Below, in pieces: positions 62,218 to 64,000 of a DNA stretch of 64,000 bases (positions are counted from its first letter, which is position 1; each line of letters opens with the position of its first letter). Made by a program: the position numbers and the translations under genes. A model generated the notes under the pieces. That model searched no databases, had not been told where the DNA came from, and saw only the letters and a list, made by a program, of their open reading frames with translations. The DNA comes from Lytechinus pictus (Eukaryota): the NCBI RefSeq assembly GCF_037042905.1, contig NC_087258.1:20832001-20896000 (forward strand), read 5' to 3'.

Positions 62218-62327
62218 TACATAAGGACTGTAAGTTTTGAAACAATTTATCTGTAGCGCGAATTTGGCTGTTTTTTTTTTTTGTTTCGATTTGTAATGAG
62301 GACAACCCCCTCATTGGGCGGGGAGGA

Positions 62328-63749
62328 TGTTTTGGTAAGAAGCTGAATATATGAGAAAATTTAATCCTTCAGAAAGGCTAAATTGGAGAGAAGATTAAAC
62401 TTTGGAAAAAAGTGATTTGTTTTGGATTAAACGCCATATAATTATTATAACGTTTGCTTTAATGATCTACCTCAAAGATACCATATCAAATTTGTCAACA
62501 CGTCAATTTATAGCAGTGCGCTATCTTCAGCATCAGATTTTTCACGTTCATGAGTTTACGGAGGTGCTGCAGTTCGTCACCTTTTATGTCCAAATTTCAG
62601 CAATGTTAATTTGTGTCCCGTCATAGAAGTAAGTTTCGTAGATTAATCAGATAATAGGGGAGATAATGTGTTGATTATATAATTATGACAAGAAACTCAA
62701 AGAGAGTTATTGACGAAAAACAGAAGTAAAAATTCATTATAAATATACACGTGAAAAGAGGTTGAAGTTAGAAGACAATTTTTTGGCTCAAAAGGCTCGT
62801 GTGAAATCTAATCACAATTGTCTTAAATGCATATAACTGAAATTTGTGTTATAAAGTAAAAGTTTCAAGATGTCTAAAATCTGAATATTTAATTAATGAA
62901 AAGCTTCAGTTGAAAGCTTTGTTTAGTTTTTTGGAAGCAACTGGTTATGTTGGAAAATGTGAATATAAACATTTCCAGGAAGTTTAGTTCGGTTTGGATT
63001 CATAATCTAAGCAAAAGCATGAAAATACAAGACTTCTTTTTTTGTGAGAATGAAGAGACAAAATATCTGGGTTATTTTCATATTACAAAGATTATATTGT
63101 ATTTTTAAAGCATATCTATGCTTAAGACAAGTTGTTCATTGTGAGGTGAAAGTGCATAAATATAGATCTATACAAAAGGATACAAAAACATGTTCATGAG
63201 TCTGATACATGAACATTTGGTGAATTCATGAAGTGTATTTTGAAGAGGTAGAAATAAGTTTCTGGCAAAACTAGTTTAGTTCATGAATAATTGCATATAC
63301 ATTTAATTTAGAGAAAAGCAGTTTTAAAAGCTATTAGGGATTTGTTTCGGCATAGTTGGACTCAACTATGCGTTGATGGCGCCCTGCCAAAATTGGGCAT
63401 TGATTTTTTATGCCTTTTATATAAGGAGTGATTTTGATAGAAAATAATATTGTCTGCTACATTCAGACTTTCAGTTGGTTTATATTAGTCTTAATCCATG
63501 CTTTTACTATAAACAATGAAAGTCAATCTTGGTCAGAATATTAAGTAATACTTTGATGGACAAATGTAAATGCATCAAGACCAGGTTACACAAGATATTC
63601 ATATTTAAGTGCATGTTTTAATTCAGGATGAGATGACTCAAAATATGCTGTTTTGTTTTATCATTTCAGATTGAATAAAATCTACAAATCAACACTGTAG
63701 AAATATCTCAATTCCATGGTTCACATCTCGGCTTGTTCTGTACTATCCA
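62328..63749 (+). repeat. 3' LTR (1422 bp)
   Basis: TG..CA, follows the PPT, contains TATA-like TTTATATAAG and AATAAA. Confidence 0.96.
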
Positions 63750-64000
63750 GATAGGGGTGGTGGTTGCAATGACGATGATTATTATTACTATCATTATGAA
63801 GGTAGTGTTGTCGTGGTGGTATTTATGTTGATAATGATAATAATAGTGGTGGTGAAGATGATAGCGATGGTGACGATGTAATGATGATGATGGTGGTGTT
63901 GATAGAGTTTAGGATAATGATGATGCTGCTGATGATGATGATGACGACGAAGATGATGATGGTGATGATGACGAATACGATGATGATGTCGAAGGTGGCA

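Larger units (their letters stand above)
52644..63749 (+). mobile_element. BEL/Pao LTR retrotransposon, full length
   Basis: TG...CA LTRs of 1422 bp (5': 52644-53310 + 56422-57176; 3': 62328-63749); 6-bp TSD GATAGG (52638-43, 63750-55); PPT GGGCGGGGAGGA at 62316-62327. Confidence 0.96.

Overview
AT-rich animal genomic DNA with spliceosomal introns and three N-gaps. The repeat content suggests an echinoderm such as a sea urchin (inference). It is not prokaryotic, and there is no CRISPR array, rRNA or true tRNA. Host genes: two tandem TRIM (RING-Bbox-Bbox-coiled coil-beta-propeller) paralogues. Copy 1 shows only its last exon (1189-2454). Copy 2 (10494-11129 + 14105-15343 + 21885-21908) lost its last 7 codons to a 6.5-kb non-autonomous EnSpm/CMC-type insertion. 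The rest is nested mobile DNA. (i) A 14.1-kb EnSpm/CMC DNA transposon (26746-40832) carries a 10-exon SAM-domain gene whose second intron holds the intact 831-aa transposase ORF, with splice signals overlapping the transposase start and stop codons. (ii) A young BEL/Pao LTR retrotransposon (52644-63749) has its 5' LTR interrupted by an unclassified 3.1-kb element with 6-bp termini, a 9-bp TSD and a terminal hairpin. (iii) There are also a decayed Gypsy pol, LINE fragments, tRNA-derived SINEs, many MITEs, and a 43x39-bp minisatellite whose unamplified ancestral monomer lies next door. Most short ORFs in the track are repeat artefacts. All exon models and family names were derived by eye, without database searches.
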